63,657 nt of DNA, filler included, from Octopus bimaculoides (GCF_001194135.2; 4 parts of 4 records of this genome joined end to end with filler, not necessarily neighbours in it); one strand, 5' to 3'. Shown: positions 36,918-49,954, counted from the whole stretch's first letter. The notes: a model not told the origin generated them from the sequence alone. A program made the numbers and translations.

Positions 36918-37345
36918 TCTACTCTAGGCACAAAGGCCTGAAATTTTAGGGAGGGGGCCAGTGGATTAGATCGACCCCAATACGCAACTGGTACTTAATT
37001 TATTGACCCGAAAGGATGAAAGACAAACTCGACCTCGACGGAATTTGAACTCAGAGCATCAGGACAGATGAAATACCGCTAAGCATTTCGTCCGGCGTGC
37101 TAACGTTTCTTATGTTTTTATTGCCCACAAGGGGCTAAACATAGAGGGGACAAACAAGGACAGACAAAGGGATTAAGTCGATAACATCGGCCCACAGTGC
37201 GTAACTGGTACTTAATTTATCGACTTCGAAAGGATGAAAGGCAAATTCGACCTCGGCGGAATTTGAACTCAGAACGTAGCGGCAGACGAAATACCGCCAA
37301 GCATTTTGCCAGGCGTGCTAACCTTTCTGCCAGCGCGCCGCCTTT
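36918..37345 (-). mobile_element. Two tandem tRNA-derived SINEs with Deu/Nin-like domain
   Basis: Reverse complement: AGGCGGCGCGCTGGCAGAAAGGTTAGCACG (A box)...GAGTTCAAATTCCGCCGAGGTCGA (B box)...GCCTTTCATCCTTTCGAAGTCGATAAATTAAGTACCAG. Present twice (36918-37110 and 37165-37345). Confidence 0.85.
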
Positions 37346-37479
37346 ACCCTACTATGTATTTGAATATACATTGATTGCTATTGTTGGTGCCGCTGTTGCT
37401 ACTGTTTAGCCCTAGGTTAGCTCCAGTTACCAACCCCTGAGCATTACTGTCTACAGCCCTAAGATTCATAGGGTCGCTT

Positions 37480-37796
37480 GCCAGATTTTAACGTGCAAGT
37501 GGCTGAGCACTCCACAGACAAGTGTACCCTTAACGTAGTTCTCGGGGATATTCAGTGTGACACAGTGTGACAAGGCTGACCCTTTGAATTACAGGTACAA
37601 CAGAAACAGGAAGAAAGAGTGAGAGAAAGTTGTGGTGGAAGAGTACAGCAGGGTTCGCCACCATCCCCTGCCGGAGCCTCGTGGAGCTTCAGGTGTTTCC
37701 GCTCAATAAACACTCACAACGCTCAGTCTGGGAATCGAAACCGCGATCCTATGACCGCGAGTCCGCTGCCCTAACCACTGGGCCATTGCGCCTCCA
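37480..37796 (-). mobile_element. tRNA-derived SINE, intact tRNA-like head
   Basis: Reverse complement starts GGAGGCGCAATGGCCCAGTGGTTAGGGCAGCGGACTCGCGGTCATAGGATCGCGGTTTCGATTCCC (A and B boxes) and continues into a non-tRNA body shared with 30879 and 53971, so it is a SINE rather than a tRNA gene. Confidence 0.88.
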
Positions 37797-38714
37797 TTCC
37801 ACTGGCAACTAACTTATATATGTACGTGAGCGGGGGAATGGTCTTTTCTCTCCAGGCAATAAGGGTGTTCTTTTCTTTAATGACATGTCACCTTTAGAAG
37901 ATTATTTAGCATTCTAATATTGTGCTAGTGTTAATTTCATAATTATGATATATCTTATAGATAGGCAGAGATAATTCTCGTAAATCGAGAATTTATGTTG
38001 TATGATATTTGATCTATCTGTATTTCTCTACGCTGCCCATATAAAAGCCACTGGCCACTCAGTGTTCTTTATCTAAGTTCATTTTTGTTCAAGTTATTCA
38101 AATTACTCAAGCCATATATGAGTTATATATGTGTTTTATATGTGTTATACATGTGTGTACGTGCGTGTGTATGTGTCTATGTGCCGTGGAAAAGAATTAC
38201 ACGCACCGTAATTTTTCAGAATAGGATTTCAGAAAAAAAAGATTATATTTCAATTCTAGCGAATAATTTGTTTCATTTTTCGGAAATTTATGTTTTTATG
38301 CCATTGAGATATAAATAAAATCTATTCATGAAAAAAATGTATTAGCATTTCGGAAATTTTGGAAAAGAGAAATCAAATACAAATTTAAAGAAAAACACTT
38401 AAAATAGCAACGAAGATGATTTTATAAAACTAACAAAAATAAGGTATAAGTATGGCAAAAATATAAAAATAAAATATGAAATTCATAGAATAAGAGTCAG
38501 GCTATGTAATTAAATTTTCATTCACTCTGTCTCTCATCGTCGAAAATTGAAATTTCATATTTGTTGTTTCTTTCTTGGAAACCTTGAGTTTTTCTTCATG
38601 GCTGCTATGTTAGAAAATATCTTCTCTGATGTTACCCTCGAAACATTAAAATCCTTCTTCCCTGGTGCTCCCGTCTTCTTTATAAATCACTTTGCCTTTC
38701 TGATCATCTGCAGG

Positions 38715-38895
38715 CAGAGTCTGTGTGGCAGCATTTCTTTCTGTGTTTTTACGTTCGGGGTTCAACTACCACCGAGGTCGACTTCGCCTTCTTTCCTTTC
38801 GAGGTCTATAAAATAAGCACCAGTCGATAACAGGAGTCGATTCAAACGACTTCCTCCTCTACCTCTCAAAATTTCTGGCCTTGTGCCAAAAATTA
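38715..38895 (+). mobile_element. Diverged Deu/Nin-like SINE
   Basis: TTTACGTTCGGGGTTCAACTACCACCGAGGTCGACTTCGCCTTCTTTCCTTTCGAGGTCTATAAAATAAGCACCAG. Confidence 0.7.
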
Positions 38896-39300
38896 CAAAG
38901 TATTGATACCGCATTTCTTATCTGGCGACAGTCTCTTCTTCCATCGCATCCTTCGATGTTTTAAATAATTGTACGCTTTTGCAAAACTAGATCACTTCCT
39001 GTGTTCTGCAGTGGTATATTTATGCTGATTTGAATTATTCATATACTTTATTCCATTCCTGCCACATAAAATCCTTGAGGAACTTGCTTATAGAAATATC
39101 TAAATCCTCCAGGTATTACTGCCATACTTGTTTAACAATTTCTGTCACTTCGTCTTCGTGTCTTCCCGATGATGACATCAGAATGCATCGAGATCAGCTG
39201 GTGATATCTTTTTCAATATTTCTCCTTGTCTTATCTTTTTCCATACAAATACTCATTCCATTTTGGTCCACCCATTCCCTACAATGGATTTACACAAGTA

Positions 39301-39347
39301 CAGTTGTACCTCGGTTTTCGAACACCTCTGATCACGAACATATCGTG

Positions 39348-39387
<40 letters not shown>

Positions 39388-39434
39388 CACGATGTATTCG
39401 TGATCAGAGGCGTTCGAAAACCAAGGTACAACTG
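39301..39434. mobile_element. Tigger/pogo-like foldback MITE with central (TA)n, TA target-site duplication
   Basis: TA|CAGTTGTACCTCGGTTTTCGAACACCTCTGATCACGAACATATCGTG...CACGATGTATTCGTGATCAGAGGCGTTCGAAAACCAAGGTACAACTG|TA. Arms of about 50 bp with about 5 mismatches. Confidence 0.85.
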
Positions 39435-40249
39435 TATTTTCTCTTTTCGAAGAAGAAGAAGAAGAAGAAGAAGAAGAAGAAGAAGAAGNNNNNNNNNNNN
39501 NNNNNNNNNNNNNNNNNNNNNNNNNNNNNNNNNNNNNNNNNNNNNNNNNNNNNNNNNNNNNNNNNNNNNNNNNNNNNNNNNNNNNNNNNNNNNNNNNNNN
39601 NNNNNNNNNNNNNNNNNNNNNNNNNNNNNNNNNNNNNNNNNNNNNNNNNNNNNNNNNNNNNNNNNNNNNNNNNNNNNNNNNNNNNNNNNNNNNNNNNNNN
39701 NNNNNNNNNNNNNNNNNNNNNNNNNNGTGTGTGTGTGTGTGTGTGCACAATGTATTAACGGATTTTATGTGTCACGACTTTCAATAACTTGTACACAACA
39801 TGTACAGAGGTCGACCATTATTTCCGCCAATTCATTCGCAGCCTAGAATTGCCAAAAATCAATAAAGTCCCAACTGTCATAAGAATGGCAGTGAAGTTGA
39901 TTCCTCTGATGCTTACAGACGAACATGGTGGTTTGGTCGGGTTGGTACTGAAAGAAATAAGATAGAAAGTGAATGAGGTAAGAGAGATACATATACAGTA
40001 AATATAATCGGTGTCATGCTACAGCACAATACTTGTGGTAGACGCCTAACTACCTAAAAGCGTAGCTAAAAGAGTAACCCACTAATGCCATGTGGGCAAA
40101 ATCCCTTAGGTGGGATGTGTCGCCATCATTCCTGCGCATGGGTGACGCTTTTTACGCCGGTAGTCCGCGTCAGGTCCTATTATTATACCTAGAGTACTGA
40201 CGTGTAGTGGGCTCTCGTCGGATTTTAGTTTTCCCCGAATACATCGGTT

Positions 40250-40722
40250 AGAGATATTGCATCGAGTTTTGCTAAAAACTTGGTTCCACTCAATTTCAAA
40301 CCAACCAGAAGATTCAGCAAACCTTTGCCGATGATGCCATGGGCAAAAACTCTGATCTAGGAGTGGTACAACTGAATCAAATATGGTCGCACTTCAGTGG
40401 AGAGCAAGGCACGCTCAGGCAGGTCATCCACAAGCTGAAACGAGGAGCGGATTGAGAAGGTTGGGCGAGTAGTAGTGGAAGAGCATCGTATAACAATCCA
40501 GGAAATTACTTATCAAGAGGGAATAAGCACAGGATTGTCGGTGCACTCCATTTCAACAGAGGATTTGTGCTTGAGGAGAGAGTCGGCAAAACTGGTCCCC
40601 AAGGTGCCGGCGAAGCAACAGGAACAATTCTGCCTGGAAATTATTCAGGACTAGCTGGTCTGTGTAAACCACGACCCAGACTTCATAAAGACCATCATCA
40701 CTGGTGATGAGACATGGGTGTG
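40250..40722 (+). mobile_element. mariner transposase N-terminal half (decayed)
   Basis: Frameshifted translation gives YCIEFC.KLG, GRTSVES..RSGR.STS, RITI.EI, TEDL.LRR.SAKLVPK and DPDFIKTIITGDETWV (WVP-like and first catalytic-Asp motifs). Confidence 0.88.
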
Positions 40723-41344
40723 CAAATTTTCAAGGTCATCCGACCACATTTACTAACATTTTTGCCTGCACAACCGCTTGTAAGACAATGTCCGCTCTTT
40801 TCACAAATATATAGTGGACAGCGTCTCCAAGATATTCGAGTCTTGTTCACAAATCGGGAAATCATTTAGTAATAATAAAAAGCCATAGAACTTGAAACAG
40901 GCAGAATCGTTAGAGCATCGAACAAAAAGGTTGGCGATATTACATTCCGAATCTTTTTACGTTCTGACTCCCAAGATTTTCAAGGTCAAGTTTTTCATTT
41001 TAAACCTTCGGGGTTGAGAAAATAAAGAACCAATCAAAGGTCGAGGGTTGGAGCCTTCGCCCAACCCCTTCCATCAAAAATAGAAAGCTTTGTTCCTAAT
41101 TTGGAAGCAATAATTAATGAACAAACAAAAGCGATTTGATTATATATAATTTCTCATCAGAGACTGGCAAATTAATTCTATTTTCTCTCCGGTTGACTTT
41201 GTTTACGTTGCTTATTTGTCGTCAGAATCTGTTGCTTCTTCGTTCGACTTGCAACTCTCGGTGGGTGTCTAAACAGTTGTAATGCGAATGACAATAAAAT
41301 AGTAGAGTTGCTGCGAAACAATACGTTCACAAGTGGGGTGAGAG

Positions 41345-41417
41345 GGAGAGGAGCAGAAGGAGGAGGAGGAGGAGGAGGAGGAAAAGGGAAAAGAAGGGGA
41401 TGGAGAAGTTGTTGTTG

Positions 41418-41449
<32 letters not shown>

Positions 41450-41900
41450 GATGATGATGACAATGACGACGACGACGACGATGATGATGATGATGATGAT
41501 GATGAGGATGATATTGNNNNNNNNNNGTGGTGGTGGTGGTGGTGGTGGCTGCGGCGGTGACGGTGGCGGTGATGGTGGTGGCGCTACTGCTGATGATGAC
41601 GACGGCGGCGTCGATGATGAAGATGACGAAAATGATGATGTCGGTGACGAAGAAGGAGGTTTACTTCAGAAAGAAAGAGTGTCTAGGGAGATAATTATAT
41701 TCCAACAACGAGTAGTTGTTAAAAGAAATACCACGAATGATCTCTCCTCCTCACTCCTACCGTTGTTTCAGAATAATACTGACGCTGCTGTTGTCGCTGT
41801 TGTTGCTGTTGTTGCTGTTGTTGCTGTTGTTGTTGTTGTTGTTGTTGCTGTTGTCGTCAATGTAAGTGTGGCTGCCGTAGTTAGTGGTGTCGTTGTGTAA
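41345..41900. repeat. Compound trinucleotide low-complexity tract (GAG/GTT/GGT/GAT/GAC/GCT)
   Basis: Direct tandem runs visible. Confidence 0.9.
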
Positions 41901-42554
41901 GTGTTACAATAATCAAGACAGTCTTGACAATGCTATTGATTGTATTATCTCTGGAAAAGTTTGCTGTTTAAATTTAGTTCTATTTTTCACCTTTCTCTTT
42001 CTGTTTTTTTTTTTGTTTTTCATTTTTTTTTTCTTTTTTCTTGTCAAAATTCTCTCCTCTACAATTTATTTTTCAATAGAAAATGCTTTCGAGAAACCAT
42101 TTTGAGACATAAAATGAAATACGATGAAAATCGGGACTTTTCCTTTTCGTTTCCTTTTCCTTTTCTTTTCCTTATTTCTTTTTCTTGGCAGACTTAATGT
42201 GATTTCTGTTATGTGGTGGTGAATGAGTTGTAGTTCTTTCTAATTCGAGGTAAAGTTGTTATTTTTATTACTTCCGAGGAATTTTTTTAATACGATTTCT
42301 GACCTAAGGACAGGAAGATCACAAATCTGTACAAGGTTGGAGAACAATCGTCACGCGAAAAGACGCGTGGGCACATGACTTAGTGGCGGGAATGTTCAGC
42401 TTGCAATCATAAGTCCGTAGGTTCAATTCTTGTACGAGATTACGTGATCTTTTAGAGTAAGAAAGTAAACCGCGTAAGGCAGTAGACAGTGCTCGTGGCA
42501 TCTGACAGAAAAAAGACATCTCTCCATTTTTTCAAGTCTCGGGAAAAGGTGGGG

Positions 42555-42850
42555 GCTGAAGTTTATTATAAAGGCCTGCGGCATAAGGTTGTACCTTGGC
42601 CGAAGTCTTCTGGCCCTTTTCCAGCCCAGACTTGAAGCATCTGGACTATGCCGTATGGGGCAGATTCCAACACTCTAACAACAGAACTTCACATCCAAGT
42701 GTGGATCATTTTAAGCAAATCCTGAGGGAAGAGTGGGACAACATAGCTGAATACTTCATCACGAATAGTTGTAACGCCCTCTGGTGGCGCGTGAAGCCTG
42801 TGGTGGACAATGCGGCGTGTGAAGCCTGTGCTGGACAATGAAGCTGGACA
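42555..42850 (+). mobile_element. Tc1/mariner-superfamily (maT/rosa-like) transposase C-terminal fragment
   Basis: VYYKGLRHKVVPW, then FWP.SSPDL..LDYAVWG...H.S...K..L..EWD.I...FI..SC......V..VV (WPPSSPDLNP.DY-type motif). Confidence 0.8.
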
Positions 42851-42979
42851 TATTAAATAAGTTGTTTCTTTATTCCCCTATAAACTTGTGTTGAAATTAT
42901 ATTTATCTCAGTTTGCTGGTTGCTGTAAAATAATCCATTTAGTGAATTATCTATTATTATCCAAGCTTTGCTTCCCCAC

Positions 42980-43033
<54 letters not shown>

Positions 43034-43049
43034 CGTGTGTCTGTGTTTG

Positions 43050-43235
43050 TCCCCCACATTCGCTTGACAACTGATGTTGGTGTGTTTACGTCCCTGTAAC
43101 CGAGCGGTTCGGCAAAAGGGTACGATAGAATAAGTACTAGGCTTACAAAGAATAAGTCCTGGGGTCGATTTGTTCGACTTTAAAGGCAGTGCTCCAGCAT
43201 GTCCACAGTCAAATGACTGAAACAAGTAAAAGAAT
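43050..43235 (-). mobile_element. SINE 3' half (GCCGAAC/CAGTCAT-tail family)
   Basis: Near-exact reverse complement of 45405-45575 and 49955-50105. Confidence 0.8.
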
Positions 43236-44130
43236 AGAGGGAAAACTGTCGGAGGCCGCCTGATTGATGATTGGAGATCGCGTTTAAGCATCACTGCTCT
43301 ACGTACTCGATCGACCTTCTGGAAATAACAGCCAAATATCTCTCTTACAGCTCAATCTATCGCCTTATTGTAACGACACGTCGAATATTGTATACTTGAT
43401 ATGCAAAAAGAGAAGTGATAGTCATAGATAGAGCATCTTTGTACGTAGGTCGGTCTGCCTCGTCATTCGTTTCCCTGGGACTAAATTACAACAACAACGT
43501 CATCAACAACACCCTGGAATTCTTTAATAGTTTAAACAAAGAAGCTGATTGATCTCTAAACAGGATATGCATGAGAAGACCTTCGCTTACGTGAAAAATA
43601 ATAGGCAACTACACAATTAGCCATTGTTGGTTCTAATTTCATCAGTCCACTCCACGTCCTAATTCCCTAAACGTGATATCTTAAACCTCTCATTTGTTTC
43701 AGTGGTTACACTGCGGCCATACTGGGGCCCCACCTCGAAAAATTCCTAGCCGAATGAATCAACACCATTATTATTATTATTTCTTTTTTTTTTACCTGAA
43801 GCCTGACACTTTTTCCATCTGTCTCTTTTGCCGAACCGCTAAAATATTTGACGACGTAAGCACACTAACACTGATTGTTTAGCGGTGTGGAGAGGAGGTG
43901 ACTGACAGACCCCCCCCCCACACACACACACGTGTATATGACTTCAATTGTTTATTAAATGACCAAAGCAACTTAGATAGACTTTTGTAGTCCTTTTGTG
44001 AAATTGCTTCAATTTTTACCACACATTGTTTAACAGTGAAATGTTTTCTCACAAAACTCCGAGATTAACTTGATGGTTTCTATAAGATTTTTACGCTCCA
44101 TCTCATATTTTATCCATTTATTCTATACCC

Positions 44131-44192
<62 letters not shown>

Positions 44193-44225
44193 TTCTCTCT
44201 CTCTCACACACACACACACTACCTC

Positions 44226-44274
<49 letters not shown>

Positions 44275-44409
44275 ATCTATTTCTCTATCTCTATCTATCT
44301 CTATCTCTCTATCAATCTATTTATCTGTCTATCCATCTACTTGTCTGTCTGTGTATCTATCTATTTTTCTGCTATAACATAGTTCCGATTGGATCGCACA
44401 GCGTTGCAC

Positions 44410-44464
<55 letters not shown>

Positions 44465-44516
44465 TATAAGCATGTGCGTATGTATCTCAAGAGAGAGAGA
44501 GACTATATAGTATAGA

Positions 44517-44580
<64 letters not shown>

Positions 44581-45404
44581 TAGAGAAACGGAGAAAGAGA
44601 GAAGTGGTAGGGAGAGGGGAGCAGTTGACACTTAACTCGTTGTTTATGTGAATTTGTTTCAATTCACGACGGTAAACTCTATTAAGCCAGTTTAATCGGC
44701 AGCCATTCATGCATTATTACAAATTATTGGTCAATTGGTGGTGGCAATCAGAAGATCGTGCTCATTTGATTTGGTAGAATACAGAAAACGTGTGGTTGAC
44801 CTAGCCTTCGATTTCGCTTCTAACTATCATTAAAATGAAAAAGATTTTGTTATCGTTTTTGTGTTAGCGTAAAAATATCTCCTCTTTGAATGTTATGGAC
44901 GATAACCTTTCGATAAATACAGCGTATTCGTAGTTCGGAGGGTTATGATCGCTGCAGGATGAATACAGTTAAGTTAAAATGGGTTCCATCTTGGATCGTG
45001 AAAGTGTGGGTGTAGATGCGGGGTTTCTAGCATGTGTAAGAGAAGGATGTTGGGTGAAAATATTGATTTCAAGTGCAGTCAATATATGTTAGTGTCATTT
45101 GTGTGAGGAGCTGTTCATTTACGTCTATTTTTGTATGCATGTGTTTTATTTATAAATACAATTTACAGACAAGTAGATAGATAGATAAACAGACAGATAG
45201 CTATCTATCTATCTATCTAGCTAGCTAGCTAGATAGATAGATATGTTTCTTTATTAGCCACACAGGGCTCAACATAGAGGGGACAAAATACAAATGTAGA
45301 GTTTTTCTTTTCGAGGGGCAGATAGATAGATAGATAGACCTATCATGTTGACACCCACGCAAAACCCAAACACACACACACACACGTATGCACACATATA
45401 CATA

Positions 45405-45760
45405 TTCTTTTATTCTTTAACTTGTTTCAGTCATTTGACTGCGGCCATGCTGGAGTACCGCCTTTAGTCGAGCAAATCGACCCCAGGACTTATTCTTTGT
45501 AAGCCTAGTATTTATTCTATCGGTATCTTTGCCGAACCGCTAGGTGACAGGGGCGTAGACACACCAGCATCGGTAGTCCGTATATATATATATATATATA
45601 TATACGAGGGGATTTTTTTCAGTTTCCGTCTACCAAATCCACTCACAAGGCTTTGGTCTTCCCGAAGCTATAGTAGAAGACACTTGCCCAATGTGCTACG
45701 CAGTGGGCCTGAACCTGAAATCATGTGGTTGGTAAGCAAGCTACTTTACCACACAGCTAC
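45405..45760. mobile_element. Two adjacent SINEs: GCCGAAC-tail family (45405-45575) and tRNA/CORE-like family (45600-45760, minus)
   Basis: The first matches 43050 and 49955. The reverse complement of the second begins GCTGTGTGGTAAAGTAGCTTGCTTACCAACCACATGATTTCAGGTTCAGG...ACATTGGGCAAGTGTCTTCTACTATAGC, matching 53240-53400. Confidence 0.8.
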
Positions 45761-46152
45761 ACCTGTATTTTCTCTCTAACACATAAAACTAGTCATTTTA
45801 TTTTTCCCACCATTCTAAAATTTCACGCCAATTCTTTCTTCTTTAATCTCAATGATGTTCATTTTCGTTCTGATATTTTCGTTATGCCGTATTGTTCTTC
45901 TTGTTCTAGTTGTTCTTGCTACCTCTGCTGCATTTTACTGTTATTTTTGTTGTTGTTGTTGTTGTAGCTATCGACTATTGGTGTTTGCGTTTAGGTCTGT
46001 TTACAAAATGGCGTAAATGAACAAAAACACAAAAATCGCATCAGCTATCGAGTCTTAAAGGATCATTTAAGTATGCCGTTTATTCATGCAGATGGCGGTT
46101 TAGAGCAGATTGCGAATAGTCTGAATTAAATAAAATTCTTCTTCTCTCATAA

Positions 46153-46190
<38 letters not shown>

Positions 46191-46290
46191 NNNNNNNNNN
46201 NNNNNNNNNNNNNNNNNNNNNNNNNNNNNNNNNNTTAATTAATTAANNNNNNNNNNNNNNNNNNNNNNNNNNNNNNNNNNNNNNNNNNNN
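46191..46290. other. Artificial scaffold join (44 N + TTAATTAATTAA + 44 N)
   Basis: Same 100-bp construct as 21770 and 62355. Confidence 0.95.
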
Positions 46291-46906
46291 TATATATATA
46301 TCAGTAACAAAGATGTACAAGTGTCAATTCATTGCGGCCGTTTCTAGCGACTCCTTTAATTGATTAATGAAAATATTACATTATTCGATAGATATCGTTC
46401 TCGTCAGATGACCGCATTGACGTATAGACGTCAAATATAAAGGACATAACCATTTCCTTAACATATTCACATCAATAATGGAATTCAAAATATTTACATT
46501 GTTTCTTCTGTCTTATCTGTGGCAGAATGATGTTAGAAAATAATGCACACCATGTTAAATCTACAATAATTTGGAGAGTAGCAGAGGAGATAGTGGGGTT
46601 TAGGATAAAAAGAGTAATTACCTAGTTACTTACATTTAGAAGACTTTATGTAGGATGTAGTCTTCAACCATTTAGAATCAAATTCATTGGGAGTTGTCAA
46701 TTATATTCTAGTTAATGGTGATCAATCAATTAATGTCAGACATTCTACTAGACTCTCAATGTATTGGAACAATATATCTAGCTTCATCTACACAAAATTG
46801 TAGGGTGTAGGGAAAGTAGTAAGGGAATGCCGGATGGGGAAGGGGGGTAATTGGAAGAAAGGTTCCTCAATTTAAGAACCTTATTCAACGGAATCTTAAC
46901 TACACG

Positions 46907-46937
<31 letters not shown>

Positions 46938-46999
46938 GTGTGTGTGTGTGTGTGTAATTAAGATGTGTGTATATANNNNNNNNNNTGTGTGTAATTAAG

Positions 47000-47046
<47 letters not shown>

Positions 47047-48553
47047 AATACACAGCTATATACAAATATACAATCCATATTACATGTGCTGTAATGTATA
47101 ACAGCACTCGTGTATGATATGGCATTTATTATGTCCGAAGTAAAAGGACATTCGAAGTTTATATGTGTGTATAGATACCTGAAAGCTGGGCTACATGAAG
47201 CGCAATACTAGATATCAAAATTATCTCCTAAGGAAATACAATCGCCCTAAGGGAAATGAAATACCTTAGATAATTTCAGGAAAATAAAAAAGCAGTTTTA
47301 ATAGTATTAGAAAATTTTTAATTACAATAGGAAAATTTTAGGTGTTGTTACTGAGAAACGGCTTAAAATTTAGTTCACGACTATGGAACAAATTGTTCGG
47401 TATATTCTTTCATATTGCCATATATTTATGGAAAATACAATGAAAAGTCCTCTTAATAAAATATGGACGTAATATTGGAAACAGTGATATGAGTAATGGT
47501 TAACTGTGAGGAGATGATACCATTGTTAACAAAATGTGAAATATAGCATTAATAGAGCTGATGGAAATTCCTTGATGAAGAGATAAATAAACCTTTACGG
47601 TATCATTGATAAGCGTTTTCAGATAATTTTACGTGCATCAAATGCAAACATTTCTCTTGGGGAGGTCTAATAAGTAAAACATTCTTTCTTGCTCGGCCAA
47701 AGAATAATATTAGCCAACCGTTGATCAGTGCTCTTAACCTTACTATGATGGTTATTTATTATGTTAATAACAAGGAAAATAATGAAAGTTATTGCGTATT
47801 ACTATCAGTTTGAGATGTCAAAGGTTTCCTTTAGATATAATCTATGAGAAAATTACTTTTTGGTGTATGCATTTGCGAAAGGGCGTGCGCAATATTTAAT
47901 AATTACAAACACGAAATCCTAGAAGTATAATTATTTCAAAGTTAGAAATAATTGACTGGTAACTATAGGGCAACTGAGTGTATTAGAGCCTATGTTATTA
48001 AGTCTCCACTTAGAAGTTATTTTAAAATGTATGAGTATAGTATCAGTTTCTTAGTGCATTGGACTTATTAAATATCATCTATTTTCATCACACACACATA
48101 GTAAGTATACATTGTATCTTTGGTAATTTCAGATATATTCAGAAGCCATTCAGCTATGTTCCGAAAATTGTCAATTGTCCAAGTGTTGGCCATGTCTAAC
48201 AGTTTTTAACCACGTTGATGTAGCAGTAGGAATTAGTTTCAGATCAATGCTCATTTACATTGCCAAGGGTATGGACTGAAATAGAGCGTAACGGTGGAAA
48301 TAGCAAGAAAGAAATAATGTTGCAGAAAATGCTGAATACTAACACCAATTGTTCGATCAATAAATCAATGATTCAGGAGAAAATGTAATAAAACAAAATA
48401 AAAGATAAGCAAGTAAAAAAAAAATCAAAATCAAAAACAAAAACAAAAGAAAACAAGCGAACAAATTTCTAACAATATTTTGAATCTCTAACAACGCATT
48501 AAATGAAACGTTATAAACAAAAAGAAAACAAAAAAAACACCCTCATGTGTGTG

Positions 48554-48585
<32 letters not shown>

Positions 48586-48729
48586 CGTGTGTGTTTGTGT
48601 GTGTGTGTGTCTGTGTGTGTGTGTGTCTGTGTGTGTTTATATATAAATTTATGTACGATTCACTCTGCTCATACATACGTACATGCAAACATTTGAACAT
48701 ACATAGATGCACACACGCACACACACATT

Positions 48730-48773
<44 letters not shown>

Positions 48774-48877
48774 AGTACGTATGTGTATCTATCTATCAAT
48801 ATATATATATATATATAAATATGTATATGTACGCATGTGTGTGTTTGTGTGTGTGCACATATATATATATATATGGG

Positions 48878-48911
<34 letters not shown>

Positions 48912-49298
48912 TAAGTAATATTCGTAGCCACTTTAGAACGATTTTAGAACTACACACACACACACACACACACANNNNNNNNNNNNNNNNNNNNNNNNNN
49001 NNNNNNNNNNNNNNNNNNNNNNNNNNNNNNNNNNNNNNNNNNNNNNNNNNNNNNNNNNNNNNNNNNNNNNNNNNNNNNNNNNNNNNNNNNNNNNNNNNNN
49101 NNNNNNNNNNNNNNNNNNNNNNNNNNNNNNNNNNNNNNNNNNNNNNNNNNNNNNNNNNNNNNNNNNNNNNNNNNNNNNNNNNNNNNNNNNNNNNNNNNNN
49201 NNNNNNNNNNNNNNNNNNNNNNNNNNNNNNNNNNNATATATGTATATATATATATATATATAAGTAATATTCGTAGCCACTTTAGAACGATTTTAGAA

Positions 49299-49348
<50 letters not shown>

Positions 49349-49954
49349 GCAAATAATATACATATAAAATAAAAGAAGTAAAATGTAAAATTCAGACGGT
49401 TTACATAGTTATAATAAATTTTTAGATATAAGTGGATTTATTAACGAAAGAGTATTGTTTGTCGACCGGTTTCGCTTTCGCAAATTATGACATTGGAATT
49501 ATTGTAATCTCGTATTTTCTTAAGATGATTTTAGTTCATGTTGTGTATGGAAGTTTGTAAATGGAATAAATCAACAGGTAGAAAAAACCTATGGGGTAGG
49601 GGGGTAATTAGTGATCGTTACTATTCAGGACAGGGGAGGTAACTGCTCAGTTTTGGTGGAGGGGTAATAAAACTCAAATGCAAAAGTAGTGAGATGACAT
49701 ATTTACATTGATGTGTATGTGAACATGAATTAAAATATATTCTGAGATCAATGTTGGTTATGCGATCAGAATTTTTCGATAAATAGATTTTCTTTATTTA
49801 AACGTACTTGTACAGAAAGTGTTTCTTTGTACTTGTACGTGGGGAAAACTGAAGTTTGGTTCGATGTTACCTGCACATCTCTCTATTTGTTCACTCACAG
49901 GAATCTTCCCAGCTTGGACGTTCTCATTTTTTAACCGTTGGTTTCGTGGTTACT

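Noticed and set aside
37730-37796. tRNA-like sequence with A and B boxes (also 54120-54185 and 31320-31375)
   Set aside because: Continues into a shared SINE body and lacks a proper acceptor stem; SINE heads, not tRNA genes.
45995-46100. Two YY1-like motifs (AAAATGGCG, AGATGGCGG)
   Set aside because: Short motifs without other promoter evidence, next to a scaffold join.
46374-46411. Minus-strand CTGACGAG...CGAATAATGTA
   Set aside because: GAAA is broken, and stems I and III do not pair convincingly.
46430-48330. AT-rich stretch with hints of a very old retroelement ORF (similar hints at 38915-39250 and 55000-55600)
   Set aside because: No diagnostic motif recoverable by eye; needs a profile search.
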